From Callorhinchus milii (lineage: Eukaryota): a DNA stretch of 64,000 nucleotides. Both the position numbers and the translations under genes were made by a program. The stretch covers positions 21,020,001 through 21,084,000 of the forward strand of contig NW_024704742.1 of NCBI RefSeq assembly GCF_018977255.1, written 5' to 3'. Shown here piece by piece: positions 24,870 through 38,424 of the stretch (positions are counted from its first letter, which is position 1; each line of letters starts with the position of its first letter). Under the pieces are notes generated by a model. It did not search any database. It worked only from the letters and a program-made list of their open reading frames with translations, and had not been told where the DNA came from.

Positions 24870-26698
24870 CCGCAGTCACTCCCCCTCCAACTTACACCCA
24901 CCCCCACCCCTTCCCTCCCACACTCCGACTCCTACCCATCCTCCCCTACACACCTTCGACCCCATTTCACCACCCTCTGTCACCAAACTCATCCTGTCGC
25001 TGAAACCCACCACCTGCTCCCTTGACCCCATCCCCACTCCACTCCTTATCTCTCACCTCCACCTCCTTGCCCCACTTCTCACAGACATCATCAACCTGTC
25101 CCTCTTCTCTGGCTCTGTTCCCATTCCCCTAAAAACTGCCATCATCACTCCCACTTTGAAAAAACCCTCCCTTGATGCGTCGCAGCTATCAAGCTACCGG
25201 CCCATCTCCAACCTCCCCTTCCTGTCCAAGGTCCTTGAAAGAGTTGTCGCCTCCCAGCTGCGCTCTTTCCTCTCCACCCATGCATTATTCGAACCCCTTC
25301 AGTCGGGTTTCCTGTGCCCATAGCACAGAAACCGCCCTGGTCAAGGTCACCAATGACATCTTGACCATCTGCGACCAGGGCTCCCTCTGCCTTTTTGTCC
25401 TCCTCGACCTATCAGCCGCATTCGATACGGTCGACCATGCTATCCTCCTCCACCACTTGTCCTTCCACCTCAACCTTCAAGGCCCTGTCCTTGAGTGGTT
25501 CAGGTTGTATCTCTCCCACTGTCTTCATTTTGTTTCCACAAATGGCTTTTCCTCCAGCCCCCGCACTGTCTCGTGCGGTGTCCCTCAGGGCTCTGTCCTC
25601 GGTCCCCTCCTCTTCACCCTCTATATGCTCCCCCTCGGTGACATCATCCGCAGACATGGGGTTAACTTCCACATGTATGCGGATGACACCCAACTCTACC
25701 TTTCCTCCTCTACCCTCAACTCCATGACCACCGATGTCCTGACAGCTGCCTGTCCGACATCGAGTCCTGGACGAGAGACAACTTTCTTCAGCTCAACGTG
25801 CGCAAAACTGAGGGCCTCCTGATTGGCTCACGTCAGCGCCTCCGCACCTCAGGCGCTGACAGCATCAGCATCCAAGGCTGCACTCTCCACCTCTCAAAGC
25901 CAGTCAGGAACCTTGGCGTTCTGTTCGACCCTGACATCCGCGCCACAACTGGCACTGCCTTCCATCACCTCCAAAACATCGTCAGACTACGGCACTACCT
26001 CATCCCTCACGCTGCTGAAACTCTGGTCCACGTCTTTATCATCTCAAGGCTGGACTATGGGAACTCTCTCCTCGCCGGCCTTCCCGGCACCTCCCTCCAC
26101 AAGCTGCAGGTCATTCAGAACTCTGCAGCTCGTGTACTGTCCCGCACCAGGCTTCGGGACCACATCACTCCCACCCTCGCTCGCCTCCACTGGCTCCCCA
26201 TCCCCCAGAGGATCGAATTCAAGATCCTCATCCTCACCTACAAGGCCATTCACGGCCTCACTCCCTCCTACCTCTCTGACCTACTATCCCCCTACCTACC
26301 TGCCCGTACCCTCCGTTCCTCTGGCTCCGGTCTGCTCCACATCCCCCGCCCCAACCGCCCTACCATCGGTGGTCGGGCCTTCAGCCTCTCAGCCCCGAGG
26401 CTCTGGAACTCCATCCCCCAGTGCCTTCGCCGCCTCCTCCCTTTCCTCCTTCAAGGCCGGTCTCAAGACCTTTCTCTTCGACCGTGCCTTCAGCTCCCCT
26501 CTCGACTCTCTATCTCCTCCTCACCTCCTCTCTTCCCTCCCCTCACCCTAACAATTTCCCCCCTCCTCGCTCCTTCCCTTTCCTCCCCTCACCCTAACCA
26601 TTTCCCCCCTGTTCGGGTCCTGACCCAACTGTCCAGCTCCTTGGGACGTCCTCCCGACGTGAAAGGTGCTCTATAAATTACATTTTGTTGTTGTCTTG
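24870..26698 (+). mobile_element. 5'-truncated L2 LINE with a frameshifted RT domain
   Basis: [63 protein letters not shown]. The 3' tail is ttgggacgtcctcccgacgtgaaaggtgctctata...(ttg)n. Confidence 0.95.
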
Positions 26699-26699
26699 T

Positions 26700-26902
26700 T
26701 GATTGAGTGACCAATTTATTATTTTTTTGAAGGAAGTATTACCTCTGGAAAAGCAATCTGCCAATCGACTAACAACTAGGTTCCTTACTTACTGCTAGGT
26801 AAACAAAGGCATGTGGAGTAAGGAAACTTGCTCTCCGTGAATCAAACCCAGGTCTGTCGCCTGTGAGGCGAGTGCTCTAACCACTGAGCTACACGACTCC
26901 AT
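26700..26902 (-). mobile_element. tRNA-derived SINE, 5' half
   Basis: Reverse strand tggagtcgtgtagctcagtggttagagcactcgcctcacaggcg. Confidence 0.85.
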
Positions 26903-27014
26903 AAGGTTGTAGGTGCAGGTTGGCAAAAGCCAAGGCTTTGGGACCCCACACTGCACCTTGAGTTATTGTGGAGGGTTACTCAGAGAGTTCCTGGGATGTG
27001 GGATGCCCTGAGCA

Positions 27015-27208
27015 GCAAGGTGTTAGAGGTAGAGTCCATTCTGAATTTCAAGAGGGAAGTAAGACAGGTACATGAAAGATAGAAGCTTGAAGTTGTATGG
27101 GGACATGGCAGGGCAGTGGGATTGAATGATCACCTTCCTCTGAGAACCAGGTAGATTCAATCAGTGGAATAGCCTTCTTCGTGCTGTAAATTTCTATGAT
27201 TCTATGAT
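27015..27208 (+). mobile_element. CR1 LINE 3' end fragment
   Basis: ttcaagagggaag...gccttcttcgtgctgtaaatttctatgattctatga. Confidence 0.7.
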
Positions 27209-28579
27209 AACATAAATTTTTGCATGTGTTTATACGAAAACAATTAAAAGTGGCCAGGATATAAATTGTATCTCTAAGTTCTTGCAGATCCTAAGGGTGG
27301 AAAGTGAATTCTTTAATCGCTCAGTGTATAAAAGAGAAAGACACTCTGTCAATTTTACTAATCAGCTTGTGATGGATGTGTAACAATCTGGGGTCCAAAA
27401 CCACTAACACAGCAGGCCTTCTGCTGGACTGAAAAAAACCACAAGACAAAACCCTTGGCTTTGTGCTATGTTAAAAGCAACAAAAAGATTCAGCAGCTGT
27501 GTATTCAAGCAAAACTACCCTCAATCTGCAAGTATCGAACTGATTTCAAACCTACAAACTGAATGAATTGACCTTTTTTGGGGGTATTTCAAGTTAGATA
27601 ATCTAAGGTTCGGATTGGATATTAAATTGCAGTGGATATTGCAGTCCAGAGGTTCTTTTTATATCTAAGTCAGCATTATTTTTGTACCTTTAAATTCATA
27701 TGATTATAGCAGTTTGTGACCAGCAGTCTGAGACACTAGCCTGTTCGTATTTCTGATAACTCACCCTAATTAAATACACAATAACTACATTTTACACAAA
27801 TCCTGTTAAGTGCTTTGGAATATTTTGACAGCGGGGTAAAGCACTATACTAAAAGCAAGGATTATTTTATTAACTGATTATTCTGAATTAAATCTTGGTA
27901 GCATAGTAGATCTCAATATTTCTGTATTCCCAAATGTCAAAGGGAGAGTGGTACAGAGGTAAGTGGAATCAAGTTTTTGGCTTTGAAAATGCCTGAAACC
28001 TTAGGTTTATGACACTCGTCTCAAAATTAAAAAATCAGGCAGAATTTTTAAAAACATTTTAAATTCAGTTTTAATTTTAACAGAAGGAAGCAAATCATCT
28101 TCCAAATGCACAATCATTTCAAGAATTTCCCAAAATTCTAAACAATTTTAAAATAATAGTTTTAAGGGAATAAAATGAGACATTTAAGGCCCCAGCATTT
28201 TTACAAAGCTTAGTTCCAAAGACTCAAATATAATTTCTTGCTCTGCAAGGTCCAGGTAACCTTTTAGTTTTTAACTTCTTTTTATTTCAGTCATCTGGGT
28301 GCTTATCTTGAGCTGTGTAATTTCCCATTATATGTGCACACTGTTAATGGTTATTCAATTTCCTGGTCAGCAGAGATTAATGCATTATATGCTCATCACT
28401 AAATAACAGTGGAAATTAGCAACATAGGAACAAATAATATCCTATTACTCTGACTCAGACAACATATTTATGACACCTGTTATCAACTAATTGTTAATTG
28501 AACAGTTTATTTTTTCATCCTATTTCTAATGCTCTATGAGCAACAGAAGAATACATTTCTTGCTCTGGTCGAGGAGCAT

Positions 28580-29400
28580 GTAGGGTTCGATTAAATTCGT
28601 GTCCCTGAGTTGAAGTATGAATTGAAAAATTTCCTTTTAAGTAGTAAAATTTAATGAAAGATTAGCAAGATTATACATATCAAAATTAACGCTTACGAAG
28701 GGTTAGTAAAGTTCACTGCAATGAGTTGATCGGATCAATACTTGTTAACGTGTGTCAATCCATGTTGATTGCAGTATATCTCTCTTTCTTTGAGATTGAC
28801 TGCACTTGGTTTCTTCGATTACAAACTCAGGTCTTCTTCAAACTCTTCTCCGAACACAGTTCTTCCCATTTCATTGAGAATTTCAACTGATACCAGGATT
28901 GTTGTTTTGTGTGCATTGATCATATTGACAGTTGTCTTGATCTTTGTCTTCTTTCTTTAAAATATTGGTTACGGATAGCTAGTGTTATGGGTAGCTAGTC
29001 CATTCCTAAATCTCTCTCTTCTCCAAACTAGCTCTTCTGCCTTCGTTGAGAATTATCCTTACATTTATACCTTGTAAAAATGTACACATCGACCTTGTCA
29101 AGTTATTTGGATTTAGCTTTACTAAAAATGTTTTTTTATCAATCTCATCCTATCACTAATATCCGTAGTTGTCAACATCTTTTCGCCTTGATCAAAATTC
29201 CAATAGCTTGTTTCAAACAAGTCTTAGTACCACAGATTGAAGTTATTTTATGTCCATTGAAGTTAATAACAATATCTGCCCACCGAGAACGATGATGTTG
29301 AAGAAACTTTGTTCTGTAAACATTCTTCCACTCCTTTTCCATTGTCCTTGGCCTTCATGCATTTGTCACATAGTTAGCTTTTATGTAGTAAACAAGTCCA
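28580..29400 (-). pseudogene. Unidentified decayed coding-like relic (transposase-like or viral origin unresolved)
   Basis: A-rich minus strand with several overlapping stop-poor frames of 30-60 codons. Unlike any repeat family elsewhere in the window. Confidence 0.3.
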
Positions 29401-29499
29401 TTAAGTCTGCGATTTTCTTTGGTCAATTTAAGACAACTCAGAATTCTGGGATTGCTTACAGGCATCTCCAGTAACATGGAGCAGATAAGAAAAATAATC

Positions 29500-29910
29500 T
29501 GATGTAAGTGCATTTCCTGTCAGGAGGATATCACAAAGCACTTCATATAATTTTACAGTAAATTGAAGTCACTGAGTATTTTGCAGGCAAATGGGCAGCC
29601 AATGTCCCACAAATAACTATGAAGTGAATGATCAATTTTATCATGAGGAATGTTGGCTAGGAAACTGAGAGGAACTCCCTTCTCTTTTCAAATCATGCCA
29701 TAGGATCTTTAAAGTCCACCTGAACAGACAAACTGGAACCTGGTTTAATGTCTTATTCATAGGATGGCTTCTCCTACAATGCAGCACAACCCCAGCATTC
29801 TATTGTGAGTGCCAGTCTAGATTGTGCATTCATAGCCTCCATGTGTGGGCTGAACTTAAAACCTTCTGACTCAGAGGTGAGATAGCTACCAATTGAGCCA
29901 GGCTGACACC
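29500..29910 (-). mobile_element. Deu-domain SINE, near full length
   Basis: Reverse strand gggtgtcagcctggctcaattggtagctatctcacctctgagtcagaagg, then Deu core and tail. Confidence 0.8.
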
Positions 29911-31342
29911 CAAATAATCTAACATAACATGCACAAATTTGCACTTTTTGTTAATGGGATTTCTTAATGAGGAATCAAAGTTGTATAAATATAAATATAA
30001 AGCTGCTTACACAGCTGGAAGTACGGATTGTGAGCGAAGAGAACTCCACTCCAGCACCATTTACTTGGAGACAGTGGAAGCAGAAAGTGTTGATTCTTTC
30101 AAAAGCAAATTCGATTTCTTTCAGGAAATAATATTTTGGGATACAGTATATCGGTCATTCAGGGCATGAGACGTGCATACGGCTGCCAGGATGTTGGAAG
30201 GTGAACTGAATTCCTGTGTTCCTAATTTGACAAACTTTTTTTTCCATGAATACAATGCCTCTTTTAAGTCAGGAATGCATAGTATACAAATTTTTATTGT
30301 GCAACGTTGAGAGTAAAGGGACAGGACTATTAAGGTTGTTGCAAAATCCATTAAATGGAAATATCCATTCTCATGAAGTGACGTGACATATGGAATGGGG
30401 TCGAGCATGTGTGGAAGCCATTAGTCCTATAGCAGCACTGCAAACAGTGGGGAGGAGGTAGATCAACTGACAGTGAGTTTGCAGCTCCCAAGGATGATTG
30501 AGGTGAGCTCTGCCTGGTAGTTGCTGTTGCAAAGTGGGCGGTTTCCTGGGCGAACTCATAGAAATGCAATTAGTGCTGCGGCAGATGTTATGGTTGAAAT
30601 ATTATTGCTAAAAATCTCAAGACAAAAGTGTTGAACAGTGTGCTGTCATTCATTATAGATCACAGTGATCTAAGCTACATGCGAACTTGTAGCATGTATC
30701 TACCTCTGTCTCTCTGCACAGTTCAGTCCGCACATTAGGTGGTACAGTATTAATTATTAAGACCAACACACACTGCAGTTCTCTACATGGTGCAGTATCA
30801 CTGGGTTTCTGTTTTAGGTATTTACACTGTCGGGCATGAAATACCTTGATTAATCTCTCGCTTTAAATCTGTCATCTAGAAATGGCAGTTTTTTTATACT
30901 AAGTGACTTTGTACTATTAAAGGCAGTAATTTAAATATTCCCACAAGGCTACTTCCCACTAGCATTGTAACATGCTGTAAGGGTCATGTTCAACTCTCTT
31001 CCCTTGACTTTGAGCCAACATTTCCATTTGCAGCTTCCCATGTGGCAATGTGACTAGTTCTACATACGCACTTCAATGCTTCCAGTAAACGATCTTACTG
31101 TGTTGCAACATTTAACTGAACATGCTGGAGAAATGCTCAATACTCCATCAAAAAAAACCCTGTAAGGCTCGCAAAGATCACTATGCTGCTTGTAACAAGG
31201 CATAGAGCACATGAAATAAACTCTCAAAGGAACCAACTCTGAAAACAGTGAAAGGTGAAATAGTGGAATCTAAAAAGTGCTCTAGTGGCTTTAGGTATTG
31301 CTCACAGGCAATGCAATGCCTGCAATGTAAATGATGTTTTAC

Positions 31343-31689
31343 AGGAGTCCTTTATCTCAGTGGTTAGAGCACTCGCCTCGCAGGTTCGATTCTCAGCAGG
31401 GTGAAATGTTGGCCAAGTTTCCTTACTCCGCACGTTTCTGTTTAGCTAACAGGTAGTAGAAACTCAGTTGTTAGTCGATTGGTGGATCACTTTTCCGGGG
31501 GTAATAATTCCCTCAAAAAAAATTGGTCTCTCATAGCACAACTGTTTGTGGGACACTGCTGTGCGCAATTGACTGCTGTGTTTCGGCCATAAAATATACA
31601 GTCAATTCACTTTACAGTATATTCTGTGAAGCTCTTTGAGACGTCGCGAAGATGTGATAAGGTGCTACATCAAATGCAAGGATTATTAC
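31343..31689 (+). mobile_element. tRNA-derived SINE, near full length
   Basis: ggagtcctttatctcagtggttagagcactcgcctcgcaggttcgattc...aaatgcaaggattattact. Confidence 0.9.
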
Positions 31690-32110
31690 TTTCTTCAGGC
31701 TCTCTCCTCTGTACAACACAAATAGTTGTAAGACTTTAGCTCCATTGAAAACACATGTCTTTGTTAAAGTCTCACATGTCCATTTGGTGTACACTTGATT
31801 CCATGGGGAAAACACAGCGGTTGTACAATATTGACACCAATAGAGCACCAACAAGTACCAAATATATCCATAAGTGGAACCAATTCTATTTTGTCACATC
31901 TGTTCTTTGCCAAATAGCTAACAGCCATGATGTATCTTCATTTCCTTTCATTTGCCTGTCAATAAAAAAACAATTCTAATGTAATACCTCTAAACAGGAA
32001 ATGGGATTTGACCAAATAATTGTTAAAAGGCTTGTTTAGGAATTTCAAGAAAATGAGTGTGAGATTCGGGTTTCATTTTCCACTTGTCAGAAAATGATCA
32101 AAAGCTAATA

Positions 32111-32876
32111 CAGTAGAAACCCAGTTTGCAGTCACCTCGGTAATCCACCCACCTCACAATTGTGGGCACATTTTCACAGTCTCTTTCATTCTCCATGTTA
32201 AAAGTTAGTCTGCCTGCTTCAGTAAACAGGGCACCTCACTATTCAGAACAACGGTCATCGATTGCGACCGCTACAAGCACCCTCCTCCGGTACAAACACC
32301 CTCCTCCGCTACTAACCTGTACACAGTGCGCTAGGCCTTGAGCTTCTCATGCTGTTTCCTCAATGCTGCTATAGTGGACGGAGTGGGCTCAGTCACACAT
32401 GCGCGGTGCAGGGAGTGTTGGGATCGCGGAAGCCATGCAAGCGGGAATTCGACTTTGTCCGGCTCCTGCAGTCTATCCTGATCTCTTGTGCCCAATGCTT
32501 GGACAGTGCTGCAAACATGCCACCAAGGAAGGAGTTGTCCTTATGTGAGAGAGTGGACTTAATCGAAACCAGTCAGGGCAACAGTCATAGACAGTTAGCT
32601 GTGATCTATAGCACTTGCAGAACACAAGTTGGATGCATTCTCAAAAGGTAGGCTGAATACATGACAGCTTTTGTTTTAAATGTGACAATGCCTTTACTTT
32701 AATGAGATTGCAAAGTATGGTTGTTGAATGTTCATCACTCTTGCTCATTACCAATGCCCTTAACATAATCTCAGTGACCTGAATCACCCGACCTGTTTCA
32801 GTAATCAGGTCCCCATCACTAAGTTAGGTCACTTTTGCCCAGTTCCTTGAGTGACCCGATTAGTGAGGTTCCACTG
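32111..32876 (+). mobile_element. Internally deleted Tigger/pogo DNA transposon retaining the CENP-B-like N-terminal HTH
   Basis: TA|CAGTAGAAACC...GGTTCCACTG|TA. From the ATG at 32517 it reads MPPRKELSLCERVDLIETSQGNSHRQLAVIYSTCRTQVGCILKR*AEY. Confidence 0.85.
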
Positions 32877-33310
32877 TAATCCTTGCTTCTGACATGTCAT
32901 CTTTTCACATCTGAAGGACACCTCAAACGTTTCACAGGTTTATTGTAAAGTGCAGTTTGTGCATTTTGGAGGTGAATGTGGCAGCCAATTTTCCCACAGC
33001 AATGTTCCACAAACAGCTATTAAAGTGAATGATCAATTTTGTCTGGGAGATTGTTGGCCAGCATACTGAGAAAAAAAACCTTCTCTTTTTGAATAATGCC
33101 ATGGGATCATTAATATCCACCTGAACAACTAAGAGGGGACTTTGGTTTAATGTCTCATTCAAAGGACTTCCAATTATGTTTGTAACACTCCCACCCAATA
33201 CTGTATTGGAAAGTCAGCCTAGACTATGTGAGTTCAAAATCCCAACCTGGGGCTTGAACCCATAACCCTCTGACTCAGGCAAAGTTCTACCAATTAAGCT
33301 AGCTGACACC
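32877..33310 (-). mobile_element. Deu-domain SINE, near full length
   Basis: Reverse strand head ggtgtcagctagcttaattggtag...gagtcagagggttatgggttcaagcccc, then Deu core and tail. Confidence 0.8.
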
Positions 33311-34589
33311 TAGTGTCAACTTGGTGATCTATAAGTGGATTTTCCCATTCTAAACATATCCTGCCAAGTCCTGTAAATTTCCTGTTAGTGAGAAAAATAG
33401 TCCTTTGTTTTATAATCTTGGATTCATTCTAAAATTCAATCTTCTTCTCTCAAGGGGACATGAGACAGAATAATAACTTTTCGTCTGAAAAAAATCACGT
33501 CAGAGGAATTCAAGTGTGAAAATTATATTCTCTGAATGTATGCTTATTGCGATAATGGGGAGAAATGGGAGAAGGGCATCAAAAGAAGTTTTAGTCTTTA
33601 GTAATAATAATAATCTGGGAGTGGTGGTTCAGGTAGAATCCATGTTGGCTTTCAAAAGGGATGTAGTTAAACACATTAAAAGGAATCAGCTACAGGGGAA
33701 AATGCAAGAAAATGGGACTGAAAGGATTCATCTTAAAGGAGCCAACATAGACATCATGGTTGAATTGCCTTCTTCTGCTCTGTAAATTTATATGGTTCAA
33801 TAGTCCTTGCATTGGATATATCAGAGGATATCTCAAAGCACTTTACAAGATGTACTTTAAGTGGAGTGAATGGGTGTTTTGTGGACAAAGATGCAAACTC
33901 AAAGGCAGCTGGCTTGGAAGCTTCCCTCCAACTGGGAGGTTTTCTTTATTGTTCAATATAGGATTTATCTCTCACTCCAATTCACCCAAGTTTGGAATGG
34001 TTGGCCTAGAATGTTTGGCTTGCAACGCTTTCCACCTAAAAGTAGTATTCTAGAGCAAAAACAGGTATTTCAGTTTAATAGTACTTAGTGATCAGAAGCT
34101 ATTGCAGAAAAATGTATTAATTATATGGGGGAAGTACATCATACTGACTTATCGAAACTGCTCTGACGCATTCGACTGGGGCAGAGTTCTGGAGCAGAAC
34201 CCAGGTCGAAAGGAATTCTAACGTGATTCTTTAATAAGGATTCCTGTTAGAAATACCATCTTTGAACGAGTTTCAGTTTGTTGCCGACTAATTTTTGCAC
34301 TTACCCTATTGATAATGGTATTGATTGATACTAGGTTATGGTTCCATTGACACTCACAGCTCTTCTATACCTCACCCACATGGCCATTCATCATGTGTCT
34401 ATTTAAGCACGTTGCCATCCCTGTTGAGCCCAATCCTGCTCTCATTGTCCCCGAAAAGCATTTTCTAGCATGAGTCAACTGGTAGTGACAGGTAAAGGGA
34501 ACCCTGCTGAATTACAATCGGTAAAATAGTGAAGAGTTTTGTTAACTTCAGTCAGAAGAAATAATTTTCACTGGTCGGTGATTCAATAA

Positions 34590-35065
34590 TTTGACTGCAA
34601 AAGATTTAAAGTAATTACCAAAAGAGCAAAGTGAACAGTTAGGAACATTCTTTTTACATTATGATGTGAATGCCCTGCTGAGGATGATGGTTGAGGCAGA
34701 ATCCATATTAGCTTTTTAGATGGAATTAGATAAATATCTGAAAAGGAAGAAAGGGAAGAAATTGAGACTAAGTGGATTGCTCTTTCAAGAGTCATCACGT
34801 GCACAATGGGCTGAATGAACTCTTAATGTGCTCTGAGTCTGGCTCAGTTGATAGCACTCTCATCTCTGAGTCAGAAGGTTGTGAGGTCAAGCCCCATGTT
34901 AGGACTTTAAGCTCACAGTCTAGACTGACATACCAATGCAGTGCTGATGGACTGCTGCATTGTTGGAAGTGCCATCCTTCAGATGAGTCATTAACTGTTC
35001 AAGTGGACGCTAAAGATCACGTGGCACTATTCAAATAGGGAAGGGTTTCTCCTAGTGTCATGGTT
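34590..35065 (+). mobile_element. CR1 3' fragment (to about 34830) followed by a Deu-domain SINE 5' part
   Basis: CR1-like gaatgccctgc...gtggattgctctttcaagag, then ggctcagttgatagcactctcatctctgagtcagaagg. Confidence 0.7.
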
Positions 35066-35181
35066 AATGTGTGACATCTCTCAAATAAAACAAACAGCAC
35101 TTTCCTTTCTGAATTTTAATGAGGTTTCAACTTTATTTTTAGTTTACAGCCTCTGCTCTCTCTCTCCGTCCTCAATTGTTG

Positions 35182-35612
35182 AGGCCTGTAGAGTATTGGT
35201 TGGAGCACTCGCCTCACATGTGAGAGGACCTGAGTTTGATTCCTGGGTAGGGCGAAATGTTAGGCAAGTTTCACACTTACTTCACACACCTCTATTCACC
35301 TAGTATTAAGCAGGAACCCAGTTAGTCAATTGATGGATCGTTTTTCCGGGGGTAATAATCCTTTAAAAAAAATGTGGTCACTCAACTATTCGAAAAGAGA
35401 ATAGTTTCTCCCAGTGTCCTGGCAACAATCCCCTAAATAAAATCCATCATTCACTCTATGGCTCTTTGTAGGGCATCGCTGTGTACAATTGATTTCTGCG
35501 TTCATGGACAAAATAAACAATCACTACACTTAAATACACTACATGGTAAATTCTGTGAACCGCTTTGAGTTTCTTGATGATGTGATAAGGTGCTCTATCA
35601 AATGCAAGAATT
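35182..35612 (+). mobile_element. tRNA-derived SINE, decayed or composite
   Basis: ggttggagcactcgcctcacatgtgagaggacctgagtttgattcc head; tail to aaatgcaagaattattt. Confidence 0.75.
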
Positions 35613-35784
35613 ATTTAAATTTCTGTGGTTCTATTGTTTTATGACCTTGTATCTACCTTAACCTAGGTTAAGGCACTTACATTAATTGTAACAGTGCAGC
35701 TGCTGCTGCCTGGCTGGGCACCGCGGCCTCAGAGAAGACTGGGGATGGAAATGCATGGCCCAGTTCATCTCTTGGCAGTCGCTT

Positions 35785-36162
35785 TAATAATAATAAATAA
35801 TAATCCTTGCATTTGATACAGTGCCTTATCACGTCTTCAAAGTGCTTCACAGAATATACTGTAAAGTGAAAAGACTGTATATTTTGTGACTGAAATACGG
35901 CAGCTAATTGCACACAGCAGTGTCCCACAAACAGTCTTGGATTGAGTGACCAATTTCCTCTTATTATTATTTTTTAATTGAAGGAATTATTAGCCTTGGA
36001 AAAGCGATCTGCCATTCGACTAAAAACTGGGTTCCTAATTCCTAGTAGATAAACAGAGGTGTGTGGAGTAAGGAAATTTGCCCAACATTTTGCCCTGCCA
36101 GGAATTGAAGCCAGGTTTCTCGCTTGCGAGGCAAGTGCTCTAACCACTGAGCTATAGGACTC
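35785..36162 (-). mobile_element. tRNA-derived SINE, full length
   Basis: Reverse strand gagtcctatagctcagtggttagagcacttgcctcgcaagcg through the tail. Confidence 0.9.
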
Positions 36163-36449
36163 ACTGTACAGGACTCACTTACAAAGTGAGTGAAGAAAAC
36201 TTTGGAGAAGATTGTGTTTACTCTGTGGGAAAATGTACCAAGAAGCACCAGAGAGTGAAGAGAGTGTTCAATCTTTGATAAATGCCAATTTGTAATAATC
36301 TCCCTGTGATTTTACAGCACTGTAAAAAAGTATATATTTAGGCTTATTAGATGAGAGGTGAAAAGTGAATTCTTAAGAAGAATTCCGTTAGGATAAGAGA
36401 CATTGAAACAATTATATCTTCTCAGACAGCACAAGAAAGATCTAGTCTT

Positions 36450-36600
36450 ATAGAATCATAAAATGAGGCCATTCGGCCCATCGTGTCTGTGCTGGCCCTT
36501 TGCAAAGGATCTATCAAAATCAATCCCCTCCCCCGTTCCCTCCCCATAGCCCTGCAAACTTGTCCTCCCGAAATAATTATTTACTTTTCTCTTAAAAGTA
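36450..36600 (-). mobile_element. CR1 LINE 3' end fragment
   Basis: Reverse strand cagggctatggggagggaacggggg...gatgggccgaatggcctcattttatgattcta. Confidence 0.75.
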
Positions 36601-37699
36601 TTATCTAGAAATAAGTATGGAACAAGTATTATGGCTGCCCATAAAACCACAGCCAAGTGTACCTCACTACTGTGAGGAGAGAAATGGTGAAGGAGAACAA
36701 ATAGAGAATAAATAAAATCAGACAAATTTTCTCCAGGGAAAATAGGCTGAGAAGCAGAGTGATGGCGCGGACAACTAGAGAAATTGGGTTGGGAGGAGGA
36801 GACAATGTGTAGGACTGACTGCAATTGCACTGAGCTTAATAAAATATATTTTTAATCAGTTGAAGATGAAGTCTTTTTTCCTTGATTTAATGTAGGCCAA
36901 CATCAAAGTCTCTAGGGAACATTGATTTTTCTCTGTCTGCCTGACTGACTTCAATAAGAGCTTGTTTCTTGCCACATGCACATGGGTATTCTCATAGTGT
37001 CTCCCCAACTCCCCACCCACCCCACTCCTCTGACCATACATTCTAAATATTTCTTTGCACAGTGTTTAAGTTTGCAAGAAGTTATTAGGGTCTGCTTTAT
37101 ATTGATCGCTAAAAATAATGATCGCTTCACAACACCGTTTTAATAGGAACTGTTATTATAAAGACACAGCAAACAATTTATATGTTAATCACTGATGTGA
37201 AATTCACTCCATTATATGCCAGCAACTGTACTGCTGACTCGTCTTGTTAAAAGATTTTTGTTACTGGATAATGTTAAGCAAATAGGTACGTTAGGGATAT
37301 TCTACAGCTTAGTGGGTGCTCCAATCACCCTAGTTCTCATGGTCATCCATAGTTGTTTGGCTTCAACCCCTCCTGGGTTAAGGAAGGAAAAAACAACTTC
37401 CCACTCCAAAGGGCCAAACATCTTTATGTCTAAGATTGTGCCAAATCTTGAAAAATTCTTAAATTCAGCCTCAACTTAGAAGTCAGTTTTCTGAAACATT
37501 GGAGAACCAGGCAACAGGTCAAGTTTCAAAGTTGGAAATCAGCAACGTGGGTGGGAGGGGAAGGGCTTATGATCTTATCACCTAGTGACTATTCAGTCTA
37601 GTGCAGCATGTTTTGTGTGAAGCCTGCAAAGCTTGTTTGGATCAAACACCCAAATTTGTGACGATAACCAACACTCACGTAATGAGCCAGGCAGCTTCA

Positions 37700-37882
37700 T
37701 CCCCTCCCGTGCCTCCTTCAAGAACCATCTCTTCGACCGTCACTCTCTTCCCCGCCCCCTACCACTGCCCTCCAGCCTCCCTGATCCATCCCAGCTCGGG
37801 ATCGAAACACTGATTGTCCAGCGCCTTGGGATGTCCTCCTGACATGAAAGGTACTACAAAATGTAATTTTGTTGTTGTTGTT
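37700..37882 (+). mobile_element. L2 LINE 3' end
   Basis: SFKNHLFDR remnant, then ttgggatgtcctcctgacatgaaagg...(ttg)n. Confidence 0.8.
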
Positions 37883-38424
37883 ATCATTTACAATACTGAA
37901 AAGGCAATTTGGTGATCTGTTTAGTCTCACTCTTCTGCCTTCTCCCTATTTCCATTTTATATGATCCTTTTCAATTATTTATTCTCTATTTCCCTCTTAA
38001 AAGCTATTATGGATTCTGCTTCCACCACTGTTTTTGTAGGGCATGTAAAATAACTGTGAGAAACCTTCTGCTGAATTTGAACAGTGATGGGTGAGAATGT
38101 GATTTTAGACCCGGGGCCCTGTGCAAATGAAATCGGCAACGAAGCATAAGAGGTCATTCTCTGTCCAATTAACTTATCAAATGTTCTATACAACAATACA
38201 TATTTACATTCAATTATTGTGCCTTTCACATCGTGAGGACATCACAAGATGCTTAACAATACTGGCTTGGCACCCGAGCTGGTGGATGGAGTTGGTGGGG
38301 CGGGGTGGAAATTGATTGAAAGTACGGTCAAAGAGGTAGGTCATGAGACGGACCTTGAAAAAGGTGAGGGAGGGAGTGAGACATCAGTATGGTGTTCCAG
38401 AGATTGAGGTTATTGCAACAGTAC

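Noticed and set aside
29140..29215. KQAIGILIKAKRC*QLRILVIG*D resembles an influenza PB2 segment ([23 protein letters not shown])
   Set aside because: The match is short and contains stops, and neighbouring PB2 motifs are not at the right spacing. Not supportable without a search, so it is kept only as part of the unidentified relic.
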